DNA of 64,000 nt from a bacterium (GTDB lineage Bacteria; UBA8248): contig OZ242260.1 of assembly GCA_965207065.1 (NCBI GenBank), forward strand, positions 3,424,001-3,488,000, written 5' to 3'. The notes beneath the pieces are model-generated. The model saw only the letters and a program-made list of their open reading frames with translations, made no database searches and had not been told where the DNA came from. Numbering within the stretch: the stretch's first letter is position 1; each line of letters starts with the position of its first letter. Shown here piece by piece: positions 1 through 10,091 of this stretch. The position numbers were made by a program, and so were the translations under genes.

Positions 1-25
1 TTTTTCTTGTATTTTCGGAGTCCAT

Positions 26-41
26 GTAACACCATGGAAAC
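26..41 (+). promoter_or_regulatory. GlnR-box-like tandem site GTAAC-N6-GAAAC upstream of the porin gene
   Basis: GTAAC accatg GAAAC matches the actinobacterial GlnR consensus gTnAc-n6-GaAAc; followed by a -10-like TACGAT at 56-61. Confidence 0.45.
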
Positions 42-234
42 GTAGTAGGTGTACATACGATATTCTGAAGAGCAGGAAGTGGGAATTCATATGCTTTAGC
101 GAGGATGAGCGAGACATCCGACAGATTGTTCGCTCTGCAGGGGAGACATAAATCTGGAAGAGGTCGTTGTTCATGCAACCACCTCTTCATATGCAGCGTA
201 CTTTTTGCCGAACTTCTCACGGGGGGACAGAGAT

Positions 235-1548
235 ATGAAGAGAAAACGGACGAATCGTTTCGGCCTGGCGCTTCTTGGATGCGTAACAGCCTTGGCGTTG
301 TTCGTCGCACCGGCTGCCGGAGGCGAGATAGACGATCTCAAGGCGCAGATCAAGGCGCTTATGAACCGTCTCGAAGCGCTCGAAGCACGAGAAAAGAAAA
401 TGAAGGCCGATATGATGGCCGCGCAGGAAGCCGCCCAGAAAAAGGCCGTGGCTACCGGCGATTTCCCGGGTTCCTGGAAGATGCCGGGGAGCAACACATC
501 GGTTTCCTTCAGCGGCTACGTCAAGCTCGATGCGATCTACGACCTCGACCAGGATCTGGGCGATTCCTTTTTCGGCTATGACTGGGGAGGCGGCGCGAGC
601 GGCATCCTCCTGGAGGGCGATGACAGCGGTCAGCGCAAAACCTCCCTGCACGCCAGGCAGACGCGCCTGCGCTTCGACAGCCTGACGCCGACGAGCAGGG
701 GCAACCTCAAGACGAGAATCGAGACAGATTTCTATGGCGGCGGCAACGCACTTCGTCTGCGTCATGCCTACGCCACTTTGGGCGGAGTGCTGGCGGGCCA
801 GACCTGGACGACATTGATGGATGAAAATACCTACGCCGATACGATTGATTTTGAAGGACCCGTGGGCGTGGTCGCCACGCGTAGGCCCCAGGTGCGCTAT
901 AGCCAGGCGATGGGGAAGAACCTTACTGCCCAGGTCGCGCTCGAGGATCCAGACGCCCCGACTATACTGATGGCCGGCGGAAGCACGTCCTCTCAAGAGC
1001 GGATTCCGAACTTTGTGGCGGCTCTGCGAATGAAAACGGGTTGGGGCGCCATTAACGTGTCGGGATTGGTGGGGCAGGTTCTTTACGAACAAGGCGCAGT
1101 TGAAGAAAGCCTCACTATCAGTGCCCTCCATCTCGGCGCGAACTTCGGTCTGGGCAAGAACACCCGCCTGTGGGGTACGTTCAACGTCGGCCAAGGCGGG
1201 TTGGACAAATCCATGCTGGGATCACCCGGCGCCGCCATCCTGAGCGCGAACAATGAACTGGAAGCGCTCGATTCCATGGGCGGTTTCGTCGGCGTCACGC
1301 ACAACTGGAGCAGTTCCGTGAGTTCGGGCCTGTATTATGGTTGGGTGGAGAACGATTTCGAAGATGCCGCCAAAGCGGTGTACCCGGACCTCAGCCAGTC
1401 GCTCCAAACGGTGCACGCCAACATCTGGTGGTCGCCTGCGCCCAAGATGCGGGCGGGCGTGGAGATCATACAAGGCAGGCGCGAAACCAACGGCGGTGAG
1501 GATGGTGACGCGACGCGCCTGCAGTTGGGCTTTCAGTATAGTTTCTAA
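235..1548 (+). CDS. DcaP-family trimeric outer-membrane porin
   Basis: Signal peptide, N-terminal coiled coil, GYVKLDAIYD, ARQTRLRF, LRLRHAY and GQTWT motifs, C-terminal Phe (FQYSF); ATG at 235. Confidence 0.85.
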   Translation: MKRKRTNRFGLALLGCVTALALFVAPAAGGEIDDLKAQIKALMNRLEALEAREKKMKADMMAAQEAAQKKAVATGDFPGSWKMPGSNTSVSFSGYVKLDAIYDLDQDLGDSFFGYDWGGGASGILLEGDDSGQRKTSLHARQTRLRFDSLTPTSRGNLKTRIETDFYGGGNALRLRHAYATLGGVLAGQTWTTLMDENTYADTIDFEGPVGVVATRRPQVRYSQAMGKNLTAQVALEDPDAPTILMAGGSTSSQERIPNFVAALRMKTGWGAINVSGLVGQVLYEQGAVEESLTISALHLGANFGLGKNTRLWGTFNVGQGGLDKSMLGSPGAAILSANNELEALDSMGGFVGVTHNWSSSVSSGLYYGWVENDFEDAAKAVYPDLSQSLQTVHANIWWSPAPKMRAGVEIIQGRRETNGGEDGDATRLQLGFQYSF

Positions 1549-1599
1549 GGGCTCGTCCGAGAATCATAGAGTCCCGGTTTGAATTGAAGGGCCTTTCAT

Positions 1600-1638
1600 A
1601 GCCCCGTCACCCTGTACAGGTGGCGGGGCTTTATTTTG
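1600..1638 (+). terminator. Rho-independent terminator
   Basis: AGCCCCGTCACC-loop-GGTGGCGGGGCT hairpin followed by TTATTTT. Confidence 0.8.
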
Positions 1639-1719
1639 TCCGCGCTCGGCTAAATGCGCCTGTTTTGCGAAATGACGGCGGAATACTCTCCAAGCGTTTT
1701 ACACCCGGGTACCCTGTTT

Positions 1720-2376
1720 CTAGCTTCCTCTTTTTGCTGCCAGATAATCCGACTCAAGTTTGAGGATCGCGTCGACGATGCTTTGGGCGAATTCCCTGCG
1801 GTATACCCGTCCCCTTCCTTGCGCCGGAGGGATGACCTCGCCCACGCGAATGACGAGCCAGGGGTCGAGGATTCCCCTCGGGCTGATGAGCGTATTCGAC
1901 CCTGCGATATAGACCGGAAGAACGGGCGCGCGGCTCATGGCGGCGAGGGTGGCGACGCCTTCTTTCACTTCCACCTCGACCGTCGAATTCACGATGCCGC
2001 CTTCGGGAAAAATCACCACCACGCCGTTTAAGCCCAGCAGTGTGCGCGCCATCCGGAAGGTGCTGGCGCGCGCGGTTCCCTCCCTGTCTACGGGAAAGGC
2101 GCCGTGGTAGGTGATGAGCTTCGCGAACAGGGGGTTGCGGAACAATTCCCGCTTGGCCATGTGGTACACCCGCCTCGGCAGGAAGGAGGCGAGGATCATG
2201 GGGTCGAGGTAGCTTCTGTGATTCGAGGCGACGATCAGCGGGCCGTCGAGTGGCACGTTCTGCATGCCCTGGACGTCGACTCCGCCGTAGGCGAGCCTGA
2301 GACCCGCCTGGAATATCTTTTTGAGCCAGGTCGGCTGGCCGCTCGATGGCAGGGTGGTTGGAAGTTGCGCGTTCAT
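1720..2376 (-). CDS. plsC: 1-acyl-sn-glycerol-3-phosphate acyltransferase (PlsC family)
   Basis: NHRSYLD (HX4D) and FPEGG motifs. Confidence 0.85.
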   Translation of the reverse strand: MNAQLPTTLPSSGQPTWLKKIFQAGLRLAYGGVDVQGMQNVPLDGPLIVASNHRSYLDPMILASFLPRRVYHMAKRELFRNPLFAKLITYHGAFPVDREGTARASTFRMARTLLGLNGVVVIFPEGGIVNSTVEVEVKEGVATLAAMSRAPVLPVYIAGSNTLISPRGILDPWLVIRVGEVIPPAQGRGRVYRREFAQSIVDAILKLESDYLAAKRGS

Positions 2377-2512
2377 TTTTGTGGTTCCGTTATTCTGATG
2401 CCGGATTCTCCCTTCAATGAAAAACGAGCTTCGCAATGATGAAGCACTCGTTCCATTTCATTCATCATATGAAAATCTTCGCACTCTCTGCAAAGTATTC
2501 GGGATGCCCGCT

Positions 2513-4276
2513 CTAGTCGGAATCGTGCCTGTGGTGTTCCTGTTCGCGCCAGACCTTGCCGAAAGCGTGGATCACGTCCTCGGCGGTGATGATTCCTAGG
2601 AGCTCGGTCGGGTCCTCGCGGCTCACCACGGGCAGGCGCGAGATGCGCCTGTCGCCGAGTTTGGCCATCACGGAATCGAGCGATTGGTCCGGATGCGCGT
2701 GCATAATGTATTTCTTCTTCGCAATCTCGCTCAGGGGTTTTTGCAGGATGCCCGCGGCCTGCGCCTGGCTGAAATCGTAGTTGCTCGCCATGCCGGAGAG
2801 CTTCCCGCTCGGGTCCAGGACAGGATATCCGGTAATGGCGCTTCCCCTTGTTATCTCGATGGCATCCTGGATCGTGATGTCCTCGGGCAGTGTGACGACG
2901 TTGCCGATCATTGCGTCCGATACATGAATCTCGTGCAGGAGATGTTCGGTCTCATAGTCCGGCAGCGCGACCCCGTCCTGTGAGGAGAGCGCGCTGTAAA
3001 TGGGCTCGGGGTGCCAGTATCGCGCCAGGGCGAGCGATATGGCGTTGGCCACCATGAGCGCGAGGATGATGTGGTAGTCCTGCGTGAGCTCGAAGATGAT
3101 GAGCACCGACGTCAGGGGCGCGCGAATAACAGCCGCAAATGCCGCCCCCATGCCCACCAGGGCGTATCCGCCCGGATGGGCCACGAAGCCCGGGAAGGCG
3201 AGTTCGGCGAGAGACGCCACGGCGCCCCCCGCCATCGCGCCCATGAACAGCGTAGGCGCGAAGATGCCGCCCAGAGAGCCGGTCCCGTAAGAAACCGCGG
3301 TGGCGATGAGCTTCAAGACGAGCAGGCACAGGAGAAAGGGCAGCGTGTAGCTGTGCGTGAGCGCTTTGCTCACGGCGGGATAGCCCACGGCGAACACCTC
3401 GGGGAACCAGATGCCGACCACGCCCACGAACAAGCCGCCGAGACCCGTGGCGATAACCCCCCGGAACCCGCGGAGGCGCTTCCATCTCGATCGCAAGTAG
3501 ATCAATCCCTTGATGAACGCCACGCCCACGAGCGCGCAGACGACGCCTACGAAGGCGTAGAGGAACAGTTCGAGAGAGCTGTCCAGAGCATATGCGGGTA
3601 CTGAGAACACGGGTTCGTTTCCGAGCATGGCGCGCGAGACGACCGAGGCGGAGACCGCGGCGAACACGATGGAGCCGAGCACACGGGCGTTCAGATCGCC
3701 CACCAGTTCTTCGAGCGTGAAGGTGACGGCGGCGATCGGCGTGTTGAACGCGGCGGCCAGGGCGGCGGCGCAGCCCACGGGGACGAGCGCCTGCACACGG
3801 CGTCTTTTCAGGGAAAACGTCTCGCCTATCCAGCTCGCCGCGCCCGAGCATATCTGCACGGTGGGGCCTTCGCGGCCCAGGCTCGAGCCCGAGCCGATGT
3901 TGAGGACCCCGATGAGGAACTTGCCTATCCACACGCGCTTGTCGATGTGGCCGTTGTGGGCGACGTAGGCGATTTTCGTCTGGGGTATGCCACTGCCCCT
4001 TGCTTCGGGCGCGAAGTACTGGAGAAAGAGCGCGGAGAGAAAGGCGCCCCCGGCGGGTATGAGCGCCACCCAGTACCAGGCCCTGTGAATCTCTGAAAGG
4101 TCATGGGAGCCGAAAAAAAGATAATGCGCCCAGCCCAGCGCGACGTGAAAGCACACGGCGACGAAGCCGGCCAACGCTCCCACGATGATGGTCGTGAAAT
4201 AGAAGATGCCGTCGTCTGAGAAATCGAAATGGAGCAGCCAGCCGAGAAGGCGTATGCGGAAGTTTTTCCAGCTCAC
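2513..4276 (-). CDS. ClC chloride channel/H+ antiporter with C-terminal CBS pair
   Basis: GSGIP, GREGP and GIFAP signatures; CBS domains. Confidence 0.92.
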   Translation of the reverse strand: MSWKNFRIRLLGWLLHFDFSDDGIFYFTTIIVGALAGFVAVCFHVALGWAHYLFFGSHDLSEIHRAWYWVALIPAGGAFLSALFLQYFAPEARGSGIPQTKIAYVAHNGHIDKRVWIGKFLIGVLNIGSGSSLGREGPTVQICSGAASWIGETFSLKRRRVQALVPVGCAAALAAAFNTPIAAVTFTLEELVGDLNARVLGSIVFAAVSASVVSRAMLGNEPVFSVPAYALDSSLELFLYAFVGVVCALVGVAFIKGLIYLRSRWKRLRGFRGVIATGLGGLFVGVVGIWFPEVFAVGYPAVSKALTHSYTLPFLLCLLVLKLIATAVSYGTGSLGGIFAPTLFMGAMAGGAVASLAELAFPGFVAHPGGYALVGMGAAFAAVIRAPLTSVLIIFELTQDYHIILALMVANAISLALARYWHPEPIYSALSSQDGVALPDYETEHLLHEIHVSDAMIGNVVTLPEDITIQDAIEITRGSAITGYPVLDPSGKLSGMASNYDFSQAQAAGILQKPLSEIAKKKYIMHAHPDQSLDSVMAKLGDRRISRLPVVSREDPTELLGIITAEDVIHAFGKVWREQEHHRHDSD

Positions 4277-4315
4277 GACGTCTTACTCATGGTGAAACAT
4301 TCCCGGGGCGGTGGT

Positions 4316-4918
4316 TCAGCGTGTGATAGCCCCTGTCGGATGCGGGCCGACCGGCGGATGCGGGGCAGGGTCGATTCCCTCCCGGTGAAGCCTGTCTTCA
4401 TACCATTCCTTCTCGATGCCGTTGACCTCGTCCATCCGGGCCAGGTCGCAGAAGATTTCAATCCGGTGGCCGTCGGGGTCGCAAAAGTACATGGCCCGGT
4501 TCTCTCCCCATGTGCCGTCGCCCTCGGGATGGGTGGGGCTGTGGACCACGGGGCCGCGCACGATTTTGACCCCGCATTCCTCGAGCCAGTCTTTCCAGGC
4601 GAAGAACTCGGAGCGGTCTTTTACCCGAAATGCGAAATGATGCAACCCCAGGTCCATGACCGGGCCCTGATCGTCGGTTCTCATATCCTTGAGCGCGGGC
4701 TGATCGCCGGTGTGGTATACTAGGTTCAAATCGTGATGAAACGCGCTGCAGCGCAGGAAGCAAAGACCCGCGTTGATGGTTGGGTGCTCTTCGGGGTCGT
4801 GACGTTCCGAGAGCGTGAAGCCGAGAATCCCGGTGTAGAACTCGAGGGATTCCTCGATGTCGGACACCTTGACGGCGACGTGCTGTAGTTCTTCAAATGA
4901 GGCTTCCGGTCGGGGCAT
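4316..4918 (-). CDS. VOC/glyoxalase-fold protein (extradiol dioxygenase-like)
   Basis: LQHVAVKV, FY..ILG, GLHHFAF and YFCDPDGHRIE motifs; ATG at 4918 (the ORF track overextends it). Confidence 0.8.
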   Translation of the reverse strand: MPRPEASFEELQHVAVKVSDIEESLEFYTGILGFTLSERHDPEEHPTINAGLCFLRCSAFHHDLNLVYHTGDQPALKDMRTDDQGPVMDLGLHHFAFRVKDRSEFFAWKDWLEECGVKIVRGPVVHSPTHPEGDGTWGENRAMYFCDPDGHRIEIFCDLARMDEVNGIEKEWYEDRLHREGIDPAPHPPVGPHPTGAITR

Positions 4919-5009
4919 CTTGCAACTCTCCTTGTCTTCGGCTATCCAGGGCGCATGACTTCGCGCCGGGTGTGAATATAACGCAACTCTTCCGTAGGAG
5001 AAACGCAAG

Positions 5010-5768
5010 TTGAGCCGTTTGGATGGAAAAAGGGCGCTCGTGACGGGCGCATCGCGCGGAATCGGCGAATGCGTGGCGCTTCGCTTCGCAGCCGAAGGCG
5101 CGAGCCTGTATCTGGCGGCGGACGGAACGCAGGACGAGCTCGAAAACGTCGCGCGCGAGTGCGAAGCCGCCGGAGGGGCGGCAGCCTTCGGGGTTTTTGA
5201 TTTGAGAGAGGAGGGCGCGGCCGAGCGCATGGTGGAGTACGCGGCGGACGCGCTGGGCGGCGTCGACGTTCTGGTGAACAACGCAGGGATTCGCGCGAGC
5301 CAGCCCTTCGGCACGTTCACGTATGAAGATTTCAGCCGCGTGGTCGCCGTGAACCTGCGGGCTCCTTTTTTCGCGAGCCAGGCCGCCTTGCCGCTCATGC
5401 GCGAGGCGGGGGGCGGGAGAATCATCCACATCGCGAGCCAGTTGGGCTCCGTAGCGGCGCTCAATACCGCGCTCTACAGCGCGACAAAGGCGGCGCTGAT
5501 CCAGCTCACCCGCTCCATGGCGCTCGAACTCGCCGGCGAGAACATTCTGGTGAACGCTGTCAGCCCCGGACCTACGGCGACGGAGTACTTGAAGAAACAC
5601 GCCTACAAGACGCCCGAGGAACGCGCCCAGCGCCTGGGAACGGTGCCGATGGGGCGCTTCGGCGAGCCGGATGAAATAGCGAGCGCCGTATTGTTTCTCG
5701 CCTCTGGAGATGCTTCCTTCGTGCACGGGCACAACCTCGTGGTGGACGGCGGCTATATCATTCATTGA
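5010..5768 (+). CDS. Short-chain dehydrogenase/reductase
   Basis: TGASRGIG, NNAG, YSATK; TTG start after AGGAG. Confidence 0.9.
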   Translation: MSRLDGKRALVTGASRGIGECVALRFAAEGASLYLAADGTQDELENVARECEAAGGAAAFGVFDLREEGAAERMVEYAADALGGVDVLVNNAGIRASQPFGTFTYEDFSRVVAVNLRAPFFASQAALPLMREAGGGRIIHIASQLGSVAALNTALYSATKAALIQLTRSMALELAGENILVNAVSPGPTATEYLKKHAYKTPEERAQRLGTVPMGRFGEPDEIASAVLFLASGDASFVHGHNLVVDGGYIIH

Positions 5769-5865
5769 TGATGTGAAGACCTGAGAAAATTTTCGTATTC
5801 GACACCGGCGGAACGAAGGGCATTTTCTGGCCGCCGCATTCAAAAGGAGCTTGAGAGCCGTGAGC

Positions 5866-6744
5866 ATGAAAGTGGGAGTCGTGGGTTTGGGCGTCATGGG
5901 GGGTGCATTTTCGGGCCACATGCTGGACGCCGGCATGGAAGTGGCGGGCTTCGACCCGGTGGACGCGATGTACGGGAAATTCGAGGGCAAGAACCTGCGC
6001 CGGGCATCATCACCCGCGGACGCCGCAAGCGGCGCCGACCTGGTGATGACTTCACTCCCGAACTACAAGGTCGTGGAAGAGGCGGTAACGGGCGAGGGGG
6101 GCATTCTGGAAGGAATCTCCTCCGGCGGGATCATCGCCGATATGAGCACGGTTCCGCCCAAGTTCTCGAAAGAAATGGCGGAATTAGCGGGTGAAAAGGG
6201 CGTGAGTTGGCTCGATTGCCCGGTGAGCGGTGTGGGCAAGCAGGCCGCCGTGAAGGATCTGGTGGTGATGTCGGCAGGTCCGAGGGACGCATATGAGAAG
6301 GCGAAACCGGCATTTGACGCCATCGGCAAGAAGACGGTTTTCGTGAGTGAGCAAAACGGGCTCGCCGCCCAGCTCAAGCTGGTGGTGAATCTCGTGCTCT
6401 TCATCAACATGGCGGGGGCGTGCGAGGGCCTCACGCTCGGCCTCAAGGCGGGAATCCCCAAAGACGTCATGCTGGAAACGCTTTGCTCGGGCGCCGCGGG
6501 ATCGAACGTGCTCGACGTGCGCGGCAAGGACATGCTGGCCGGCAATTTTCCCGAATCCGGCCCGATATGGATAGTGCTGAAGGACCTCGAATGCGCCATC
6601 GACTCCGCAAAGGACCTCGACGTGCCCGTGCCGCTCGGCGGGCTGCTGGAGCACTTCTTCATGGCCCAGCGGAGCAAGGGCAGGCAGCATGAGGACGGAA
6701 GCTCGATCTTCCGCATTTACCAGGAATTGGCGAATATCGCCTGA
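5866..6744 (+). CDS. 3-hydroxyisobutyrate/beta-hydroxyacid dehydrogenase family
   Basis: GLGVMG, DMST, DCPVSG, KLVVN motifs. Confidence 0.88.
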   Translation: MKVGVVGLGVMGGAFSGHMLDAGMEVAGFDPVDAMYGKFEGKNLRRASSPADAASGADLVMTSLPNYKVVEEAVTGEGGILEGISSGGIIADMSTVPPKFSKEMAELAGEKGVSWLDCPVSGVGKQAAVKDLVVMSAGPRDAYEKAKPAFDAIGKKTVFVSEQNGLAAQLKLVVNLVLFINMAGACEGLTLGLKAGIPKDVMLETLCSGAAGSNVLDVRGKDMLAGNFPESGPIWIVLKDLECAIDSAKDLDVPVPLGGLLEHFFMAQRSKGRQHEDGSSIFRIYQELANIA

Positions 6745-6940
6745 TGTGCAAGAAGAAGGAAGCTGCTTTGCGGGCTGATTCACCGCAGCGCCCAATTGGC
6801 GTGCGGCTGGCTGGTTCTCGCCCCGTAATGGGGCAGAAGTTGATCTATATTATGAATTAACTATCTCTGATAACTAGTTGAAATATAATTATTCTATACG
6901 GCAAGAAAAATGCAGGACCTCTCCTTCGCAACCGCGATTC

Positions 6941-7186
6941 CTAGCCTGTAACGGATGAGCGGATGATCTGGCGCAATTCCTCGTCATTCAGCCCGGCGAT
7001 TTGCTCGAATGTGATGAGGGCCGTTGTGCCCGGGTCTCCCCGCTCTCCCCACCAGAGCCTGAAGCTCTTCTCCTGGTAGCTGTAACGGATGTCCGCGTCG
7101 ACGCCTTCGATCTCCCCGGCCAGAATGCCGCTGATGCGCTCGGCCATGATGCGGCTGTATTTTCTTTGCGTTTCGATGTCTTCCAC
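6941..7186 (-). CDS. Small hypothetical protein
   Basis: GTG with GGGGAG SD 8 nt upstream; protein-like composition; no recognised motif. Confidence 0.55.
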   Translation of the reverse strand: MEDIETQRKYSRIMAERISGILAGEIEGVDADIRYSYQEKSFRLWWGERGDPGTTALITFEQIAGLNDEELRQIIRSSVTG

Positions 7187-7325
7187 GAAAGCGTCTCCCC
7201 ATCCTTTTCTGTGAAATTCAGGGAGGCGATACGCCGGATGGCTTCTTCTCATCCCTCGAATCGCCGCTTTTTCTCGTCTTTCATAACGCTCCTGCTCATA
7301 GCAGAAGATGAGGCGTAATGAAAGC

Positions 7326-8087
7326 CTACAGGTGATACGTCATCCCCTCTTCAAGCACCTGAATTCTCGGATCGCCCAGCGCCTTGATTTCCGCCTTTGT
7401 CTCATCGCCGTACTGGGCCTTGATGTGAAAGATGTAAACGGGAACCTCGGGCGGCATTTTCCCTATTTCCGCATGGAGCATGGCGGGGGTCAAGTGCCTG
7501 GACATACGCGCTAGCTCCTCCATCTTGTTCGGAAAAGACACCTCGGTGATGATGGCGCGCAGATCGTCCACTTCGGCGGCTCCCCGCCAGATGGCCTCGG
7601 TGGGCCCCGTATCGCTGGTGTAAAGGAGCGCGCATTCAGAATCCTCAAGTATGAAGCCGAAAGTCGTCCCCTTGTGATTGACCGCGTAAGGAGTAAACCG
7701 GATTCCGCCCAAGGAGCGTGTTTCCTTCTCCTCGATGGAGGAGAAATCGAGTATCGGCGTATCTTCGTGGCGTATTTCGCAAAAATCCGGCCAGACGGCG
7801 TTGTTGAAAATGGATTTCTGAATCACTTCCAGAACGTCTCGCGCGCCGATGATTTTCAGTGAGTCTTCCCGAAGGCCGAAGATGTTGTCGGCGAGGTAGG
7901 GCAGTTCCGCGATATGGTCCAGATGCGCATGGGACACCACGACGCCAGTGAGCTTGGCCTGCTCCTCGATACTCAGGCCAGAAGCGGCCGAACCACCATC
8001 CAGCAGCAACTCATCGTTGATGAGAAAAGAGGTCAACTGACATCCGGGGGCTTTGCCGCCCGCGCAGCCCAACACACGGAATTGGAT
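7326..8087 (-). CDS. MBL-fold 3',5'-cyclic-nucleotide phosphodiesterase (class II-like); probable ATC start
   Basis: RVLGCAGG N-terminus, SHAHLDH, SDTGPT, EVSFPN, HLTP motifs. Confidence 0.82.
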   Translation of the reverse strand: MQFRVLGCAGGKAPGCQLTSFLINDELLLDGGSAASGLSIEEQAKLTGVVVSHAHLDHIAELPYLADNIFGLREDSLKIIGARDVLEVIQKSIFNNAVWPDFCEIRHEDTPILDFSSIEEKETRSLGGIRFTPYAVNHKGTTFGFILEDSECALLYTSDTGPTEAIWRGAAEVDDLRAIITEVSFPNKMEELARMSRHLTPAMLHAEIGKMPPEVPVYIFHIKAQYGDETKAEIKALGDPRIQVLEEGMTYHL

Positions 8088-8185
8088 GGCTTGTCCTCCG
8101 CCTGAAGCCTCATGAAGGTGAGGAATCTTTCGCTCACCGCCTGATTATAGGCACAGCAGAAACTTCTTGGGAAGGTATCTTTTTT

Positions 8186-8911
8186 TTAGACTTTTTCCCA
8201 TTTGCCGCTCTTGGAGCGCCTGCGTTTTCCGAAATCATCCATCTGAGCGACGGTGGTGGCGGGGAATATGGGGCCGTCCGTACAAACGCGCCAGCCCGAG
8301 CAGGTGCATTGGCCGCACAGGCCGACAGCGCACTTCATGTACCGCTCAACCGCGAAATACGTCCGCTCGGCGGGGAGTTTCGGCAGGCACGCGGCCATCA
8401 TGCGTTCAGGGCCGCAGACAGCGTAACTGTCCGCCTCGACAGGCAGGAGTTCGGTCACCAGGCCCTTGTGTCCCAGGGCGCCGTCTTCGGTGGCGACGTG
8501 GACGGGGCCGAGTTCCCTGAATTCCTCATAAAAGAGAATCTCATCCGCCGTGCGGCCGCCGAGGACGAAGGAGGGCGCTTCCGAGGCGAGGGCGAGGAGC
8601 CTCAGTTCCGCGATTCCCACGCCGCCGCCGATCAAGGCGGGCTTTTTAAGCGGCGGGTAGCCTTGCCCCAAAGGGCCGCGGAGCCCTATCTCATCACCCG
8701 GCTTCACGGCGGCCAGTTTTTCGGTGAACGCGCCCGCTTTCTTCACCGTGACGGCGTTGGGGTAGGAGAGGGTGAAGGGTTTTTCGCCCAGGCGCGGCAG
8801 CCAGACCATCATGAACTGGCCCGGCCGGGATTCTATTTCCTCGTCAAAGAAAATCGTGTGCGTCCACTCGCTTTCCCGGCGGTTCTCCACGACCTTGAAC
8901 ACGCTACGCAT
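8186..8911 (-). CDS. pyrK: Dihydroorotate dehydrogenase electron-transfer subunit
   Basis: PGQFMMVW, GPLG, GGGVG, CGPE and MKCAVGLCGQC 2Fe-2S motif; coupled to pyrD. Confidence 0.88.
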   Translation of the reverse strand: MRSVFKVVENRRESEWTHTIFFDEEIESRPGQFMMVWLPRLGEKPFTLSYPNAVTVKKAGAFTEKLAAVKPGDEIGLRGPLGQGYPPLKKPALIGGGVGIAELRLLALASEAPSFVLGGRTADEILFYEEFRELGPVHVATEDGALGHKGLVTELLPVEADSYAVCGPERMMAACLPKLPAERTYFAVERYMKCAVGLCGQCTCSGWRVCTDGPIFPATTVAQMDDFGKRRRSKSGKWEKV

Positions 8912-9839
8912 CGGAGCCGCCTCCATCCGCCGGACGGTGGGCCGCGCCGATGAGCGCGGACATGGGTTCGCCGCCTAGATATTCCTGAATCCCCTCCCAG
9001 ATATCCCGGGTGAGGGCGGCCGCCTCATGCGTGCTCTTTCTCATGAAGGCGGTGCCTATCCCTAAGACGCTCGCTCCCGCGAGAATGTATTCCACGGCAT
9101 CCTCCCAGGTTTCGATGCCTCCGTATGCGACGATGGGACAGCCAAAGCGCGCGTAGGCTTCATACGTCATGCGCAGGTTGATGGGTTTGAGGGCTGGGCC
9201 GCTGATGCCGCCCGTCGTGCCTGCGAGGATCGCCGCCCGGCTCTGGATGTCCACCGCCAGGCCCGGCCCCAGTGTGTTGCCGCAGCCCAGAGCGTCCGCG
9301 CCCGCGCTCATGCAGGATTCCGCCACGGCGAGATAGTCGCTGTTGGGCGAGAGCTTGGCAATGACGGGCTTGTCCGTCTCGTCTCGAACGCGCTCGATGA
9401 CCTCGGCGGAGAGGGCGGGGTTCTGGCCGATGCTCTCCATGATGGTCTGCTCGCCCGGCTCCTTGTTGGGACAGCCCAGGTTCACTTCGATGGCGTCGCC
9501 GAACCTCGACATCCGGCGCGTAACGCCGGCGAACTCACGTGAATCTCCTCCATAGACGGAGACGATGAGCTTCGCGTTCTTGAGCTTTATCTCTTCCAGG
9601 TCGCGCTCCCAGTCCTCGGCGCTTTGCGTCGGCAGGGCGAGGGAGTTGAGCACCGCGCCTTCCGGGGGGTATACGACCACGGGGTTCTCGTTGCCCGGCT
9701 TCTCCCGGGGGCCGACCGATTTCGTGACGTAGCCGCCCAGGCACGCGCCCGCGCTCTCGAAGGCGGCGAAGACTTCGGGGTAGCTCAGGATGCCGCTGGC
9801 GTTGATCAGGGGTGGTTCGATCTCGGGGAGCGGAATCAC
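8904..9839 (-). CDS. pyrD: Dihydroorotate dehydrogenase family 1B catalytic subunit
   Basis: NASG, TKSV, NLGCPN, KLSPN, GGISGPALKP. Confidence 0.88.
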   Translation of the reverse strand: MIPLPEIEPPLINASGILSYPEVFAAFESAGACLGGYVTKSVGPREKPGNENPVVVYPPEGAVLNSLALPTQSAEDWERDLEEIKLKNAKLIVSVYGGDSREFAGVTRRMSRFGDAIEVNLGCPNKEPGEQTIMESIGQNPALSAEVIERVRDETDKPVIAKLSPNSDYLAVAESCMSAGADALGCGNTLGPGLAVDIQSRAAILAGTTGGISGPALKPINLRMTYEAYARFGCPIVAYGGIETWEDAVEYILAGASVLGIGTAFMRKSTHEAAALTRDIWEGIQEYLGGEPMSALIGAAHRPADGGGSDA

Positions 9840-10091
9840 GGTCTGCTGCCTCAGCCGGGGTGGAATGTGCGGGCGGACGGACTCGACGGATGGAGTATAG
9901 TGGGAATGGGCCGCTCACGCCAACTTGCAACGAGAAAATCCGGGTGGCGGGGCTTTGTGATCCAGCGGATTATTGCAAATTGCCCGAAATGGTGGTCTAA
10001 ATGACCTTGTTCGCCCTTTGGTATAGATGGAGATGGAAAGGGCAGTATTACTTTATGGCGAGGCACTGCCTTGCGCTGAGAGGAAAACCCT

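Noticed and set aside
7249-7299. Second UGA read-through candidate (MKDEKKRRFEG-TGA-EEAIRR, minus strand)
   Set aside because: No redox or Cys-aligned context, and the downstream frame is an off-frame shadow of the 6941-7186 gene.
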